From NCBI GenBank assembly GCA_963662495.2, contig CAXVYQ010000004.1, positions 7,331 to 71,330 on the forward strand: a stretch of DNA of 64,000 bases, read 5' to 3'. The translations under genes were made by a program, and so were the position numbers. This DNA comes from Terriglobia bacterium. GTDB lineage: Bacteria > Acidobacteriota > Terriglobia > 2-12-FULL-54-10. Positions 1 through 9,463 of the stretch are shown in pieces; position 1 is the stretch's first letter; each line of letters starts with the position of its first letter. Below the pieces are notes generated by a model. The model had not been told where the DNA came from. It made no database searches and was given only the letters and a program-made list of their open reading frames with translations.

Positions 1-217
1 GCCCGCGCAGCTTCCTGTTCTGCAGGATGGCGCGGATTTTGTTTTCCAGCGGGAGCAGCAGGTCAGGCATGTGCAACCGCAGATCCATATAGCGATGATT
101 CACGCTGTGCAAGCTCGCCGTGAGCGAATAGTCTTCCTCCTCAACCCGCACCACGGCGTACCCGGTCATCGACCGGAGGCCGGTTTTCACTTTCGTGGCC
201 GTTTCCGTTCCCGACAT
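1..217 (-). CDS. yicC: YicC/YloC family endoribonuclease, 5' part (runs off window)
   Basis: Manual translation gives MSGTETATKVKTGLRSMTGYAVVRV...LHSVNHRYMDLRLHMP, with the SMTG(Y/F) and SVNHRY motifs. RBS AGGAG lies upstream. Not in the ORF track. Confidence 0.85.
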   Translation of the reverse strand, partial: MSGTETATKVKTGLRSMTGYAVVRVEEEDYSLTASLHSVNHRYMDLRLHMPDLLLPLENKIRAILQNRKLRG

Positions 218-225
218 CGGACTCC

Positions 226-2073
226 TTATGGAGAAACCGCAGGCTGCGCTGCCCGCGCCAGCTCCTGCGTCTCGTCCCAGAACTGCAATGCATGCAGCTT
301 CTGGTAGATGCCGCCCAGCCGCAGCAACTCTTCGTGCGTACCCGTCTCGCGAATCCGTCCGCCCTCCAGCACCACGATCCGGTCCGCCCGCCGGACGGTC
401 GATAGCCGGTGCGCGATCACGATCACCGTACGGCCCGCCATCAGATTCGACAGGGCCTCCTGCACCAGTTGCTCGGATTCCGTATCCAGCTCCGAGGTGG
501 CTTCATCCAGAATGAGGATGGGAGCATCCTTCAGCAGAGCGCGGGCGATTGCAAGCCGCTGCCGCTGCCCGCCGCTGAGCCGCTCGCCACGGTCAGCAAT
601 CATTGTCGCATAGCCGTCCGGCATCCGCCCGATGAACTCATGCGCCATGGCAGCCCGCGCCGCCTGCTCCATCTTCCCGGCGGAGACTTCTTTCTGTCCA
701 TAGCAGATATTGTTTCGGATCGTGTCGTTGAACAGAATGTTCTCCTGCGTAACCATGCTGATCTGCGCGCGCAGCGAATCCAGGCTGGCGTCGCGGACAT
801 CCACGCCGTCGATCAGCACACGGCCGCCGGTGGCGTCAAAGAAGCGCGGTATCAGGTTCGCCAGCGTGGTCTTGCCCGCGCCGCTCGACCCTACGATGGC
901 CACCACCTGCCCGACCCGCACCTCCAGCGAGACGTCCTGCAACACCGGCTCCCGGCTGTCATAGGAAAAGTCCACGTGATCGAACCCGATCGACCGCGAA
1001 AACGGCGTCAGTGTAACGGCATCCGGCTTTTCGGCTATCTCCTCCTCCAGGTCCAGCAACTCGAAGACTTTCGAGCTCGCTCCAATGGCCTGCTGGAAGG
1101 AGTTATTGATGCCCGATAGCCGCTTGACCGGCTCGTACATCTTGAAAAGCGCGTAGATGAAGGTGACGAACATGCCCGTGGTGAACTGGCTGGAGCGGAT
1201 CTGATCGCGCGCGTAGAGCAGCAGGAACACCAGCGTTACCGCGCCCAGCACCTCCATCAGCGGCGAAGTGGCGGCCTGCGCGCGGGCGTAGCGCAGGTTC
1301 ACCCGCAGCAGCTTGCCGGAGGCCTCGCGGAAGCGCCGCAGCTCCCAGTGCTCCATGCGGAATGCCTTGACGATGCGGTTCCCGCTGATGGTCTCCTGCA
1401 GGAGCTGGCTCAGGTCGGCCAGCTTGTCCTGGCTGGTGCGCGTGGACTGGCGGATGCGACGGCCGATCTTCGTCGCGGGCACCATCACCAGCGGCATCAG
1501 GCTGAGCGAGATCAGAGCGAGCCGCCAGTCGATGAAAAACACCACCCCCAGCAGGAAGATCAGCGTGAAGCATTGCCGCAGCAGGTCGGCCAGCACCTGG
1601 GAGACGGCCAGTTGAATCCGTTCAATATCGCTGAGCACGGTGGACATCAGCTTGCCCGTCGAAAAGCGGCGGAAGAAGCTGACCGACTGATGGATGATCC
1701 GCTCGTAGAGCTGGTTCCGAAGGTCCATGATGACCGAGAAGCCTACGTAGTGGATGGCGTAGGTGGCCAGGTATTCGCAGACGGCCTTGCCCAGAATGAC
1801 CCCCACGATGAAGATCGCGGTAACCGTCCAGACGTTGTGCACCCAGGCGGGCACCAGTTGGTCCAGATAGATCGTGTAATCGAGATAGGGGATCGTAACC
1901 AGGACAACCGTGGAGTCGGTCCCCTCCGGGCTCAGGACGCGGTCGAAGATCGGGCCAATCAACAGCGCCGAGAGGGCCTCGAACAGTCCCACGCCAACCA
2001 TCAGGACCACCCCGGCCAGCAAATACAACCGGTAAGGGCGCACCGAGCGCAGCAGCCGCATCAGATCAGACAC
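226..2073 (-). CDS. msbA: MsbA-like ABC exporter (fused TMD and NBD)
   Basis: N-terminal TM helices, Walker A GSSGAGKT, signature LSGGQRQR, Walker B ILILDEATS. Confidence 0.85.
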   Translation of the reverse strand: MSDLMRLLRSVRPYRLYLLAGVVLMVGVGLFEALSALLIGPIFDRVLSPEGTDSTVVLVTIPYLDYTIYLDQLVPAWVHNVWTVTAIFIVGVILGKAVCEYLATYAIHYVGFSVIMDLRNQLYERIIHQSVSFFRRFSTGKLMSTVLSDIERIQLAVSQVLADLLRQCFTLIFLLGVVFFIDWRLALISLSLMPLVMVPATKIGRRIRQSTRTSQDKLADLSQLLQETISGNRIVKAFRMEHWELRRFREASGKLLRVNLRYARAQAATSPLMEVLGAVTLVFLLLYARDQIRSSQFTTGMFVTFIYALFKMYEPVKRLSGINNSFQQAIGASSKVFELLDLEEEIAEKPDAVTLTPFSRSIGFDHVDFSYDSREPVLQDVSLEVRVGQVVAIVGSSGAGKTTLANLIPRFFDATGGRVLIDGVDVRDASLDSLRAQISMVTQENILFNDTIRNNICYGQKEVSAGKMEQAARAAMAHEFIGRMPDGYATMIADRGERLSGGQRQRLAIARALLKDAPILILDEATSELDTESEQLVQEALSNLMAGRTVIVIAHRLSTVRRADRIVVLEGGRIRETGTHEELLRLGGIYQKLHALQFWDETQELARAAQPAVSP

Positions 2074-2241
2074 GTTTGATTTCTCTCCCCGCGGTGGGTT
2101 TCGTCGAGCCAGTGCGTGAGGACCTCGCGGCCTACATTCCCCGCTTACTCCCGGCCTTCCCTGTAATTGTGCGTAATCTTCTGATTGTACCCTATCCGGC
2201 GGGCCGGGGTTGGATGGAGAGAGGAGGCGGCGCGGGCGCCC

Positions 2242-3116
2242 TTATTGCCGCTCCCGGCCGATCCCGTCGCGCAGCGAGGTCAGCGTGGACTCCACGACTC
2301 GCGCGGGACGGAATTCACCAGGCCCCGCAGCATCCATCCCACGCCGAACGGGATGCCGCGGCTCAGGCTCAGCGACTCGCACTCCACGTAAACACCCCCG
2401 TCGGCCTGCTGAAATCGCCAGTAGGCGTTCAGCCGCCATAGATAGCCGCCATCGTCGCCGATGGGCTTTTCGCGTTCCTCGTCCGTGCCCGGGTTGTCGA
2501 GCTGCGCGATCCGGGTGGCAACGCTGCGGCTGGAGGCGCGCTGCCCGTCGTGCCGCCGGTAGATGGCCGTGTGGTCCGTGTTGTAGACCACGGTGATGAT
2601 CTTGTGGCGGCGCAGGCGGAAGAAAAAGTGAAAGGTATCGCCGCTCCGGGAGATGAGCCTGGATTGTTCCATCTCCGGAAAATACTCCTGGTGCCGGTCA
2701 TAATTTTGTAGCCACGCGAGCAACCGGTCCAGCTCCATCTCCGGCAGAAACGCCGCACCGGTCCAGTGATGGATCAGCCCGTCTTTCACATCGATTTCGC
2801 CGCTGGGGTTCCGGGTTTCCATCCTTTCGATGTGGATTTCGCCGCGCCGCAACCGCTCGCGCAGCGACGGAGCCGCGTTCGTGTCTTGAAGATCCAGCGC
2901 CAGAAACTTTTCCCCGTTGTCCAGCTCCTTTGCGATCCGCTGCTCGGTCAACCGGACGTAGGTCTCCCAACTGTCTCGCGTATGGTCTTGCAGCTCGGCG
3001 CAGATGGCCTCTGGCCCCAAAGCCAGCAGCACGGCGAGCGCCACGCAACACCCCGCCACCGTTTGCCACCGGGATCGCGTGAGCCAGCCTGAGCCCTGGA
3101 ACTGTTTCGGTTTCAT
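2242..3116 (-). CDS. Secreted conserved hypothetical protein, frameshifted near the C-terminus
   Basis: ATG at 3116 with RBS GGAGGA and a signal-like N-terminus. The frame ends ...VPRES, and the adjacent frame continues ESTLTSLRDGIGRERQ*. One base appears to be missing near 2295. Confidence 0.6.
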
Positions 3117-3151
3117 AGGGGTCCTCCGCCGATGCCAACCCAAATCATAAT

Positions 3152-4165
3152 TCATGACGATGCTCGGAACTCTTCCCTGTAAATGCTCTCCATCAGCGTG
3201 CGCGCCGAGAACGGCAGGTACGCCAGGGCCGCGACGGATGCCAGAGCCAGCCCCGTTCCGATCTCGTCGGCCAGTAACAACGGGGAGGCCGCCCAGACGG
3301 CATCGAAAAGAAAAACGGCCGGGAACAATTGTCGAAACTTTCTGCCCGCCTCCGGATGGCTCAACCCCACCGAGGTGATCAGGTAGAGCCGCAGCGCAAT
3401 GCCGCACATCGCATACGCCAGCAGCACCGGCATGACGGCCGGGGACCGCACCAACAGGAATCGCCCCAGAACGGCCACCCCCGCCTCCGACTGGAACAGG
3501 AACACGCAATACATGGTCAGATAACCGGCCTGAATGGCGAGAAAAAGCAAGCGCGCGACTCCGCGGTCGATTGCGAAACGGGCCGGGGCGGGTGGCGAAG
3601 AGGACGCCTTCACCGGAAGCATGTCTCCGGAAACCGTCTCCCGCAGTTGGGGACCCGGAGGCTGGGAAGCCGCAGGCGCGGATCGTGGCTCCCAGCCGGC
3701 ACCGAGACCGATTATTTCCAGTGATGGGTCCGGGGCGGCGGCGGAATCCGCACTCCCGCCCGGCACAGTTTCATTCGCCACCAACTTGCCTGCATACGGC
3801 ACGGGTTCACTCGGCGTCAGGGGTCCGCTCGTCGCAATGATCGTGCCGATAAACCGGTAGCCTTTGCGCGGCAGCGTCTCGATGAAGCGCGGCTGGTCGG
3901 GTGCATCTTCCAGAGCGTCCCGGATCTTCCGCATCGCGGTGTTGATTCCGTGGTCCACGTCCACGAACTGATCTTCGCCCCAGAGCGCCCGCTGGATGTC
4001 GTCTCGCGTTACCAGTTCCCCGGCGCGGTCCGCCAGCAGGATCAGCAGCCTCACCGGCTGATCCTGGAGCCGGATCAGTCGTCCGTCCTGCTTCAGCTCC
4101 AGAGTGCGCCGGTCCACTGAGAAGCGATCAAAGCGAATAACCGGCGGGGAATCGGGATGTGCCAT
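3152..4165 (-). CDS. CadC/ToxR-like membrane-anchored winged-helix transcriptional regulator
   Basis: Trans_reg_C motifs (ELVTRDDIQRALW, GINTAMRKIRDALED, FIETLPRKGYRF), a Pro-rich linker and about 4 C-terminal TM helices. Confidence 0.85.
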   Translation of the reverse strand: MAHPDSPPVIRFDRFSVDRRTLELKQDGRLIRLQDQPVRLLILLADRAGELVTRDDIQRALWGEDQFVDVDHGINTAMRKIRDALEDAPDQPRFIETLPRKGYRFIGTIIATSGPLTPSEPVPYAGKLVANETVPGGSADSAAAPDPSLEIIGLGAGWEPRSAPAASQPPGPQLRETVSGDMLPVKASSSPPAPARFAIDRGVARLLFLAIQAGYLTMYCVFLFQSEAGVAVLGRFLLVRSPAVMPVLLAYAMCGIALRLYLITSVGLSHPEAGRKFRQLFPAVFLFDAVWAASPLLLADEIGTGLALASVAALAYLPFSARTLMESIYREEFRASS

Positions 4166-4298
4166 TAGCTGACTCAAATATAGGGACTTAGCCCTCCGAT
4201 TATAACACCGAACCGGGCCCCCTCTGATTCCCCCTCGCCAGGCCGCCGCTATCGAGAAAAACACGGTACGCGCCCCATTCGGAAACGGCCGGGAAGCG

Positions 4299-4414
4299 GT
4301 TCAGCACCAGTTCAGCAATGGTTCATCGGGCGGCCATGTCCTCCTGAATCCTTGTAATCCGTTCCATTAATTATATTTATAGTTCACGCAACCCCTTCAC
4401 CGCCAGTTCAGCAA
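4299..4414 (+). promoter_or_regulatory. Putative winged-helix operator: GTTCA(GCA) direct repeats with 11-bp period
   Basis: GTTCAGCA at 4299 and 4310, GTTCAT at 4321, GTTCAC at 4382, CTTCAC at 4395 and GTTCAGCA at 4406, all in the divergent intergenic region. Confidence 0.55.
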
Positions 4415-4608
4415 CAAATGACCCGCAGTGCATTGAGCCCGCATCCGATCTGCCCGAAAATCCCCCTCAGAAGGAGCTCATGGATGTTTCAAACAGCTTT
4501 GCGGCGCGGTTCCCCGAATCGACTTTCCCGTTCGGGGAACCTGTCATGAACCACGGAAACGGAGCATCGATGACTTCCCGGCAACTCAATCAACTCAAGG
4601 AGCAACAC

Positions 4609-5112
4609 ATGCGAAATCTGACATTTGCAATAGCGATCCTGATGACGTTTTCCATCTCCGCTCTGGCGCAGCCGGACTCGGCGGGAAATCTCCGAGGAGA
4701 GGTTTTTTATGGAGCGGGCGCGGGCATCGCGGGAGGCGAAGCCCAGGGATTGATGCATCTGGGCGGTGGATTCGACAAAACCATTTACAAGGGCTTGGGC
4801 GCAGGCGCCGAACTCGGGTATCTCTTCCCCCGCCAATCGTTCGCAAATGGAGTTGGCTTGTTCTCAGCGAACGCCTTTTACCACATCCAGCCCGATTCCT
4901 CCTTCCTCGTTCCCTTCCTGACCGGCGGTTATTCGCTGGCCTTCCGCCAGGAAACGGTAAATCTGGCCAACTTCGGCGGCGGAGTGGATTACTGGTTCCG
5001 GGGCCGCTGGGGGCTGCGCATGGAGGTCCGGGACCATGTGTCATAGAGCGTTCCATCCTTCGATCCGACGGCTCACATCCTGTCGTTCCGCATCGGGGTT
5101 GTGGGCCGTTGA
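4609..5112 (+). CDS. Small outer-membrane beta-barrel protein with an in-frame TAG at 5044-5046
   Basis: RBS AAGGAG, signal peptide ending SALA-Q and alternating beta-strand pattern. After the TAG the frame continues SVPSFDPTAHILSFRIGVVGR*, which looks like a terminal beta strand. Confidence 0.65.
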
Positions 5113-5188
5113 ACCGCCTTGCTCCTCGCGGCAAATTCTACTGGAGAGTCGCCGCCCGTCATCCGGAGTCCATCAGGAGGTTATTGTG

Positions 5189-5902
5189 ATGAACACCAGT
5201 TCCACACGGTTACTGCACATCGTCTGCACCATATGCTGTTTGCTTGTTGGGGGAAGAGCCCGTGCGGAAACCATTTCTTCGCCGCCGCCGGTCTCCCCCG
5301 ATCAGGTCCTCGCGCGCATGGAGCAGCGTTTCCTGCAGCAGATGCATGACATTCAATTCTATGAGGCCCGCAGAAACTACCGGGCCTCCAACCCCCATCT
5401 CAATACCCCAGCCCTCTGGAAAGTGGATGAATCCTACCACGCCCCGGGCGTCCGCATTCTTCACGTCCGGGAGCGCAGCGGACCCCGCTTCCTGGAACGG
5501 GTCCTTCTCGACAGGATTCTTGCGGTGGAGAGTGAAACAGCCACCGAATCCGTCCGCCGGGCAGTCGACCTGAACCGGGATAATTACCGCTTCCGCTTTC
5601 TGGCCTACGACCCGGAACAGGACTCCTATCGGTTCGAGGCAACCCCACTCACCGAGCACCCGTATCTGTTCCGCGGCACCGTCTGGATCAACGGTGATGA
5701 CTTCGGCGTGGAACGCATCGAAGGGTCGCCCGCGGGCAAGACATCCTACTGGGTCCGCGAGACCCATTTCGTTCACGAGTTTGCACGGTTCGGAGACTAC
5801 TGGTTTCCCGTGCATCACAGGTCCGTCGCGCGTCTCCGCTGGTTCGAAGAAGCCACGCTGGAAGTTACCTATTCCGGCTATCGCTGGACGATACGCCGCT
5901 GA
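5189..5902 (+). CDS. Secreted hypothetical protein, possibly LolA/MucB-like lipid-carrier fold
   Basis: RBS AGGAGG, signal peptide and beta-rich sequence (FRGTVWIN..DFGVERIEG, YWFPVHHRS). The fold is an inference. Confidence 0.6.
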   Translation: MNTSSTRLLHIVCTICCLLVGGRARAETISSPPPVSPDQVLARMEQRFLQQMHDIQFYEARRNYRASNPHLNTPALWKVDESYHAPGVRILHVRERSGPRFLERVLLDRILAVESETATESVRRAVDLNRDNYRFRFLAYDPEQDSYRFEATPLTEHPYLFRGTVWINGDDFGVERIEGSPAGKTSYWVRETHFVHEFARFGDYWFPVHHRSVARLRWFEEATLEVTYSGYRWTIRR

Positions 5903-5965
5903 ACGATGCACCGCTGGAGCAGTTGCCATAGAAGAAGATTTGAAAAATATTTCAAGGAGGTTCCG

Positions 5966-6658
5966 ATGAATGTCTTGTCTTTACCGAAAGTAACCGCCCC
6001 ATTCCGAAATGCCGAACGCAGGCAGGAGAGCTGGCTCGCGCCGTCCGAGCGGCGCTGTCTGCTCTGGCTGGCCGGGCGCATGCCGGTCAGCATCCAGCCG
6101 GACCATTTGACCCTGCTGGGTCTCGCCGCCCTGGCGCTGGCCGGGGCGTCCTACGCCCTGTCGGCCCTGTGGGCGCCGCTGTTGCTGGTAGTCAACCTTT
6201 GGCTCGCCGTCAACTGGTTCGGCGACAGCCTGGACGGCACCCTGGCCCGCTACCGCAACCGTCAGCGCCCGCGCTACGGATTCTACGTCGATCACATGGC
6301 GGACTCGTTCGGGGCGCTGCTGCTGATAGGCGGCCTGGCCCTTTCCGGCCGCGTCTCCGGACTCGTCGCGACCGCCCTGCTGGTGCTGTTTCTGCTGCTC
6401 TCCATCAACAGCTACCTGGCCACCTACACGCTCGGCACGTTCCAACTCTCCTTCTGGAAGTTCGGTCCCACGGAACTGCGCATCCTGCTCGCCATCGGAA
6501 ACGTCTTTGCCTTGTGGAGGCCCGAAATCAGCTTTCTCGGCGACCGCCAGATGTTCTTCGATGTTGCGGGCGGCATTGGAGCGATTGCGATGGCGGTGGT
6601 GCTGGTTTGCTCGGCCATCATGAACACGACGGCGCTTTACCGCGCGGAGAGGCTCTGA
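5966..6658 (+). CDS. CDP-alcohol phosphatidyltransferase family protein
   Basis: Signature D-SLDGTLARYR-x5-RYGFYVDHMAD and PDHLT. Confidence 0.92.
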   Translation: MNVLSLPKVTAPFRNAERRQESWLAPSERRCLLWLAGRMPVSIQPDHLTLLGLAALALAGASYALSALWAPLLLVVNLWLAVNWFGDSLDGTLARYRNRQRPRYGFYVDHMADSFGALLLIGGLALSGRVSGLVATALLVLFLLLSINSYLATYTLGTFQLSFWKFGPTELRILLAIGNVFALWRPEISFLGDRQMFFDVAGGIGAIAMAVVLVCSAIMNTTALYRAERL

Positions 6659-7116
6659 TGCGCTGGGTGAAGTTCACCGCCGTGGGCGCGCTCGGCATAT
6701 TCGTACAGCTTGGCGCGCTCGCGCTGCTGGTCCATGGGGGTGGAGTGGACTACCTGCTGGCGACGGTGATTGCGGTGGAGGCGGCGATCGTGCACAACTT
6801 CATCTGGCACTGGCGCTGGACATGGTCTGATCGCCGCCGCGCCGGGTCCGACCGCTATCGCTATGGGCCTGATAGAAGTCGCTCCGGACCTGATCGCAAC
6901 GCCGCTCGTAATCGCTGCAGTGCTGGGCTGATGCTCTGCTTTCTTCGCTTCCAGTCGGCCACGGGAGTCGTATCCTTGCTCGGAAACGTCCTGTTCACGG
7001 GCCTGCTGGCCAGCGCCGCTGACCTGGACCCCGTCCTGGCCAACGCCGCCGCCATCGTCCTCTGCTCGCTGCTCAACTACCTTGCCTGCGACCGGTTCGC
7101 CTTCGCGCGCCGGTAA
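6658..7116 (+). CDS. GtrA family membrane protein (putative flippase)
   Basis: KFTAVGALG...HNFIWHWRWTW...LLNYLACDRFAF. TGATG overlap with the upstream gene. Confidence 0.88.
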   Translation: MRWVKFTAVGALGIFVQLGALALLVHGGGVDYLLATVIAVEAAIVHNFIWHWRWTWSDRRRAGSDRYRYGPDRSRSGPDRNAARNRCSAGLMLCFLRFQSATGVVSLLGNVLFTGLLASAADLDPVLANAAAIVLCSLLNYLACDRFAFARR

Positions 7117-7177
7117 CGATGCCCCCTTCGGACCTCCACCCGGCGGCCCCGGCCCGTGTTACTCTACCAGAGCGCAT

Positions 7178-7501
7178 ATGGAACTGTTGGCCACCATCGT
7201 CCTCTGGGTCTACGCGCTGCTGCTGATTGGCGGCGGCGTTGCGGGCTGGAAGCTTTCCGGCAGCCGCATCTCGCTGACCGCGGGCCTGGGCAGCGCGGCC
7301 CTGCTGTTCGTGGCCTACCGCATCTCGCTATCGGCCCCCTCCACCGGCTATCTTGTTGCCGCCTTCATCGCCTTTTTCCTGATGATCCTGTTCTCCTCGC
7401 GCTACCGCAAGACCGGCAAGTTCATGCCCTCCGGCATGATGCTCATCGTCAGCGGGCTTGCCACGGCCCTTTTGGCGTTCGTAGCCGTGGTCCTCTGGTA
7501 G
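7178..7501 (+). CDS. TMEM14 family small membrane protein
   Basis: YALLLIGGGVAGW..SGSRISLTAG and RYRKTGKFMPSG motifs. Confidence 0.8.
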   Translation: MELLATIVLWVYALLLIGGGVAGWKLSGSRISLTAGLGSAALLFVAYRISLSAPSTGYLVAAFIAFFLMILFSSRYRKTGKFMPSGMMLIVSGLATALLAFVAVVLW

Positions 7502-7573
7502 CCGGTTCCCGTCCGATCACATCGCCCGACACCCCCGGTCCCCATCGTCTTTTCCATGCTACGCTTGCGGTCG

Positions 7574-8185
7574 ATGAGTACCCCAGCCTGGCTACGCGAC
7601 CCCAGAGCGTGGGCCGCGGGTGGAATCTCCCTCCTGCTGCTCGCCTCGCTGCTGTTCTGGGCGATTCGCGCACACCAGCGTACCGAGGCGCGCGATACGC
7701 TGAACGCCTACGAGCCGTTTAGCAACCCGCCGCTGGAGCTGCTCTTCCCCGCCTCCGTCGCCGATCAGCCCGGCGCCAGCGACCTGCTCGAACCCGGCAG
7801 CCGCGAGCGCATCTGGGCCGTGCGCCAGCGTGGCGGAAGAGTTCCCTCCCTGGAGGTCCGCCTCACCAGCGACGGCCGCCGCTGGTTCTCCACGGTCGGC
7901 AACCGGATCATCGCCACCTTCAAGGCCGGCGAGCGGTCCGTTACCCGGATATTGTTGCTCGGCGGCACGTTCCCCAGCCGCCAGATCGGTTTTGAATACA
8001 GCTGGTCCTCGCTGCATCCGGCGATGAAGATTTTCGGGGAAGATGCGCCCGCTCCGGGCGAGACCTACGAAGGAGAAGCCCTGCTCTATTATGAGAACGA
8101 TGCCTGGCGCGTCCTGCACTGGAGCACGCCGGATTTCGACCACGCAGTGGAACGCTTCCGCTCGCTTGCGCCCGCCCGCCGATAA
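7574..8185 (+). CDS. Hypothetical protein with N-terminal membrane anchor
   Basis: One TM segment followed by a soluble domain, with coding-like composition. Confidence 0.55.
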   Translation: MSTPAWLRDPRAWAAGGISLLLLASLLFWAIRAHQRTEARDTLNAYEPFSNPPLELLFPASVADQPGASDLLEPGSRERIWAVRQRGGRVPSLEVRLTSDGRRWFSTVGNRIIATFKAGERSVTRILLLGGTFPSRQIGFEYSWSSLHPAMKIFGEDAPAPGETYEGEALLYYENDAWRVLHWSTPDFDHAVERFRSLAPARR

Positions 8186-8281
8186 TGCCGGCTCAAACGC
8201 GCCCTGCCGCAGTCTTGCCGCAGTCTTGTCGCTGGATTCAGTTCAAGATGGGAGCGGTCCTCGAAGGGCGCTGGCCCGCCT

Positions 8282-9349
8282 TCAGGGCGCCATCGACTCG
8301 GAGGCCGCGCGCAACCCGGCTTCCGCGCGGCGTATCATCCGCCGGGCCCGTGCCACCTCAGCGGCGTCCGGATGCAGCTCCAGGAACTCGTTCAACTCTG
8401 CCAGGGCCTGCTGCCAGCGCTCATGAGCCATGTGGATTCGCGCCAGCGTGATCCGGGGATAGATAAAGTGCGCCGGGTCCAGAAGCTTGGTGCGCTCCAG
8501 AAACTCGACGCCGGATTCGTCGTGGCCCAGCAGGAAATGCGCCAGGCCTAGTTGCGCGTTGGCCAGAGGGTCCACGGGCCGCAGGAGCTGCGCCTCTTCG
8601 TTGTAGGGGAGCGAAGCGCGGGCGCGGCCCATGGACAGCAGGACGCCTCCCAGATTGAGCATTGGCCCGAATGCCTCCGGCTCGATCTCCAGCGCCTGGC
8701 GGAAATAGGACTCCGCCTTTTCAAACTCTCTTCGATTGAAGTAGATCGTTCCCAGGCTGTTCAGCGCCTCCATGAAATCCGGCGCTTCCCGCACTGCTTT
8801 GTCCAGGTGCTCGATAGCCCGGTCCACTTCCGCCCTGGCCAGCCGGTCCTGCGCTCTGCGGAACTCTCGCCGCGCCCCCCGGGGAAGCGCCAGTTGCCGT
8901 ACCGAAACGGTTGCCTGGGTAACGATCCGCGTATGCTCCTCAAGCATCTGCTCGGTGAATACGAACTGCTTATCCACTTTCGCGGAAACATCCGCAAAAC
9001 TTTCCGTCACCTCCACGGTTCTGGAGATCTTTCCGGCCGCCGGGATCAGAAACGTCAGCGTGTAGGTCGCCGGCCACAGGCCCTTGAACTGGAACCGTCC
9101 CTTGGAATCCGCCCGCTTCCGTTCATTGTAGGAGTAGCCGATGCCGGATATCTTCACTCCGATCCACTTGCCGAGCGTGGGAGTATCCTCCGGCAGCACG
9201 ACCTGCCCCCGCAACTCCAGCCGCCGGCCGCGCTGGCCCGGGTCTTGGGAGTGCAGGTAGCTGGATGGAGTGAGGGCGATGAGAAAGAGGAGAAAAACGG
9301 TGGTCAGCCGAAGGGCGGCCGGCCGGTCGGATTGGGCTCGAATCCGCAT
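8282..9349 (-). CDS. Secreted TPR protein with carboxypeptidase-regulatory-like N-domain
   Basis: ADSKGRFQFKGL.P.TY motif followed by TPR helices (ALNSLGTIYF...AESYFRQALEIEP). Confidence 0.8.
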   Translation of the reverse strand: MRIRAQSDRPAALRLTTVFLLFLIALTPSSYLHSQDPGQRGRRLELRGQVVLPEDTPTLGKWIGVKISGIGYSYNERKRADSKGRFQFKGLWPATYTLTFLIPAAGKISRTVEVTESFADVSAKVDKQFVFTEQMLEEHTRIVTQATVSVRQLALPRGARREFRRAQDRLARAEVDRAIEHLDKAVREAPDFMEALNSLGTIYFNRREFEKAESYFRQALEIEPEAFGPMLNLGGVLLSMGRARASLPYNEEAQLLRPVDPLANAQLGLAHFLLGHDESGVEFLERTKLLDPAHFIYPRITLARIHMAHERWQQALAELNEFLELHPDAAEVARARRMIRRAEAGLRAASESMAP

Positions 9350-9463
9350 GTCTGCCGGATGGAACTACGTTGGGAAATTATAACCCGTCTGTCCGTCTGC
9401 GGAGAACCAGCGGGTCGCTTCGAGTGTTGCCCGCTGGCCTCTGATTGAACATTTATTGGACAC

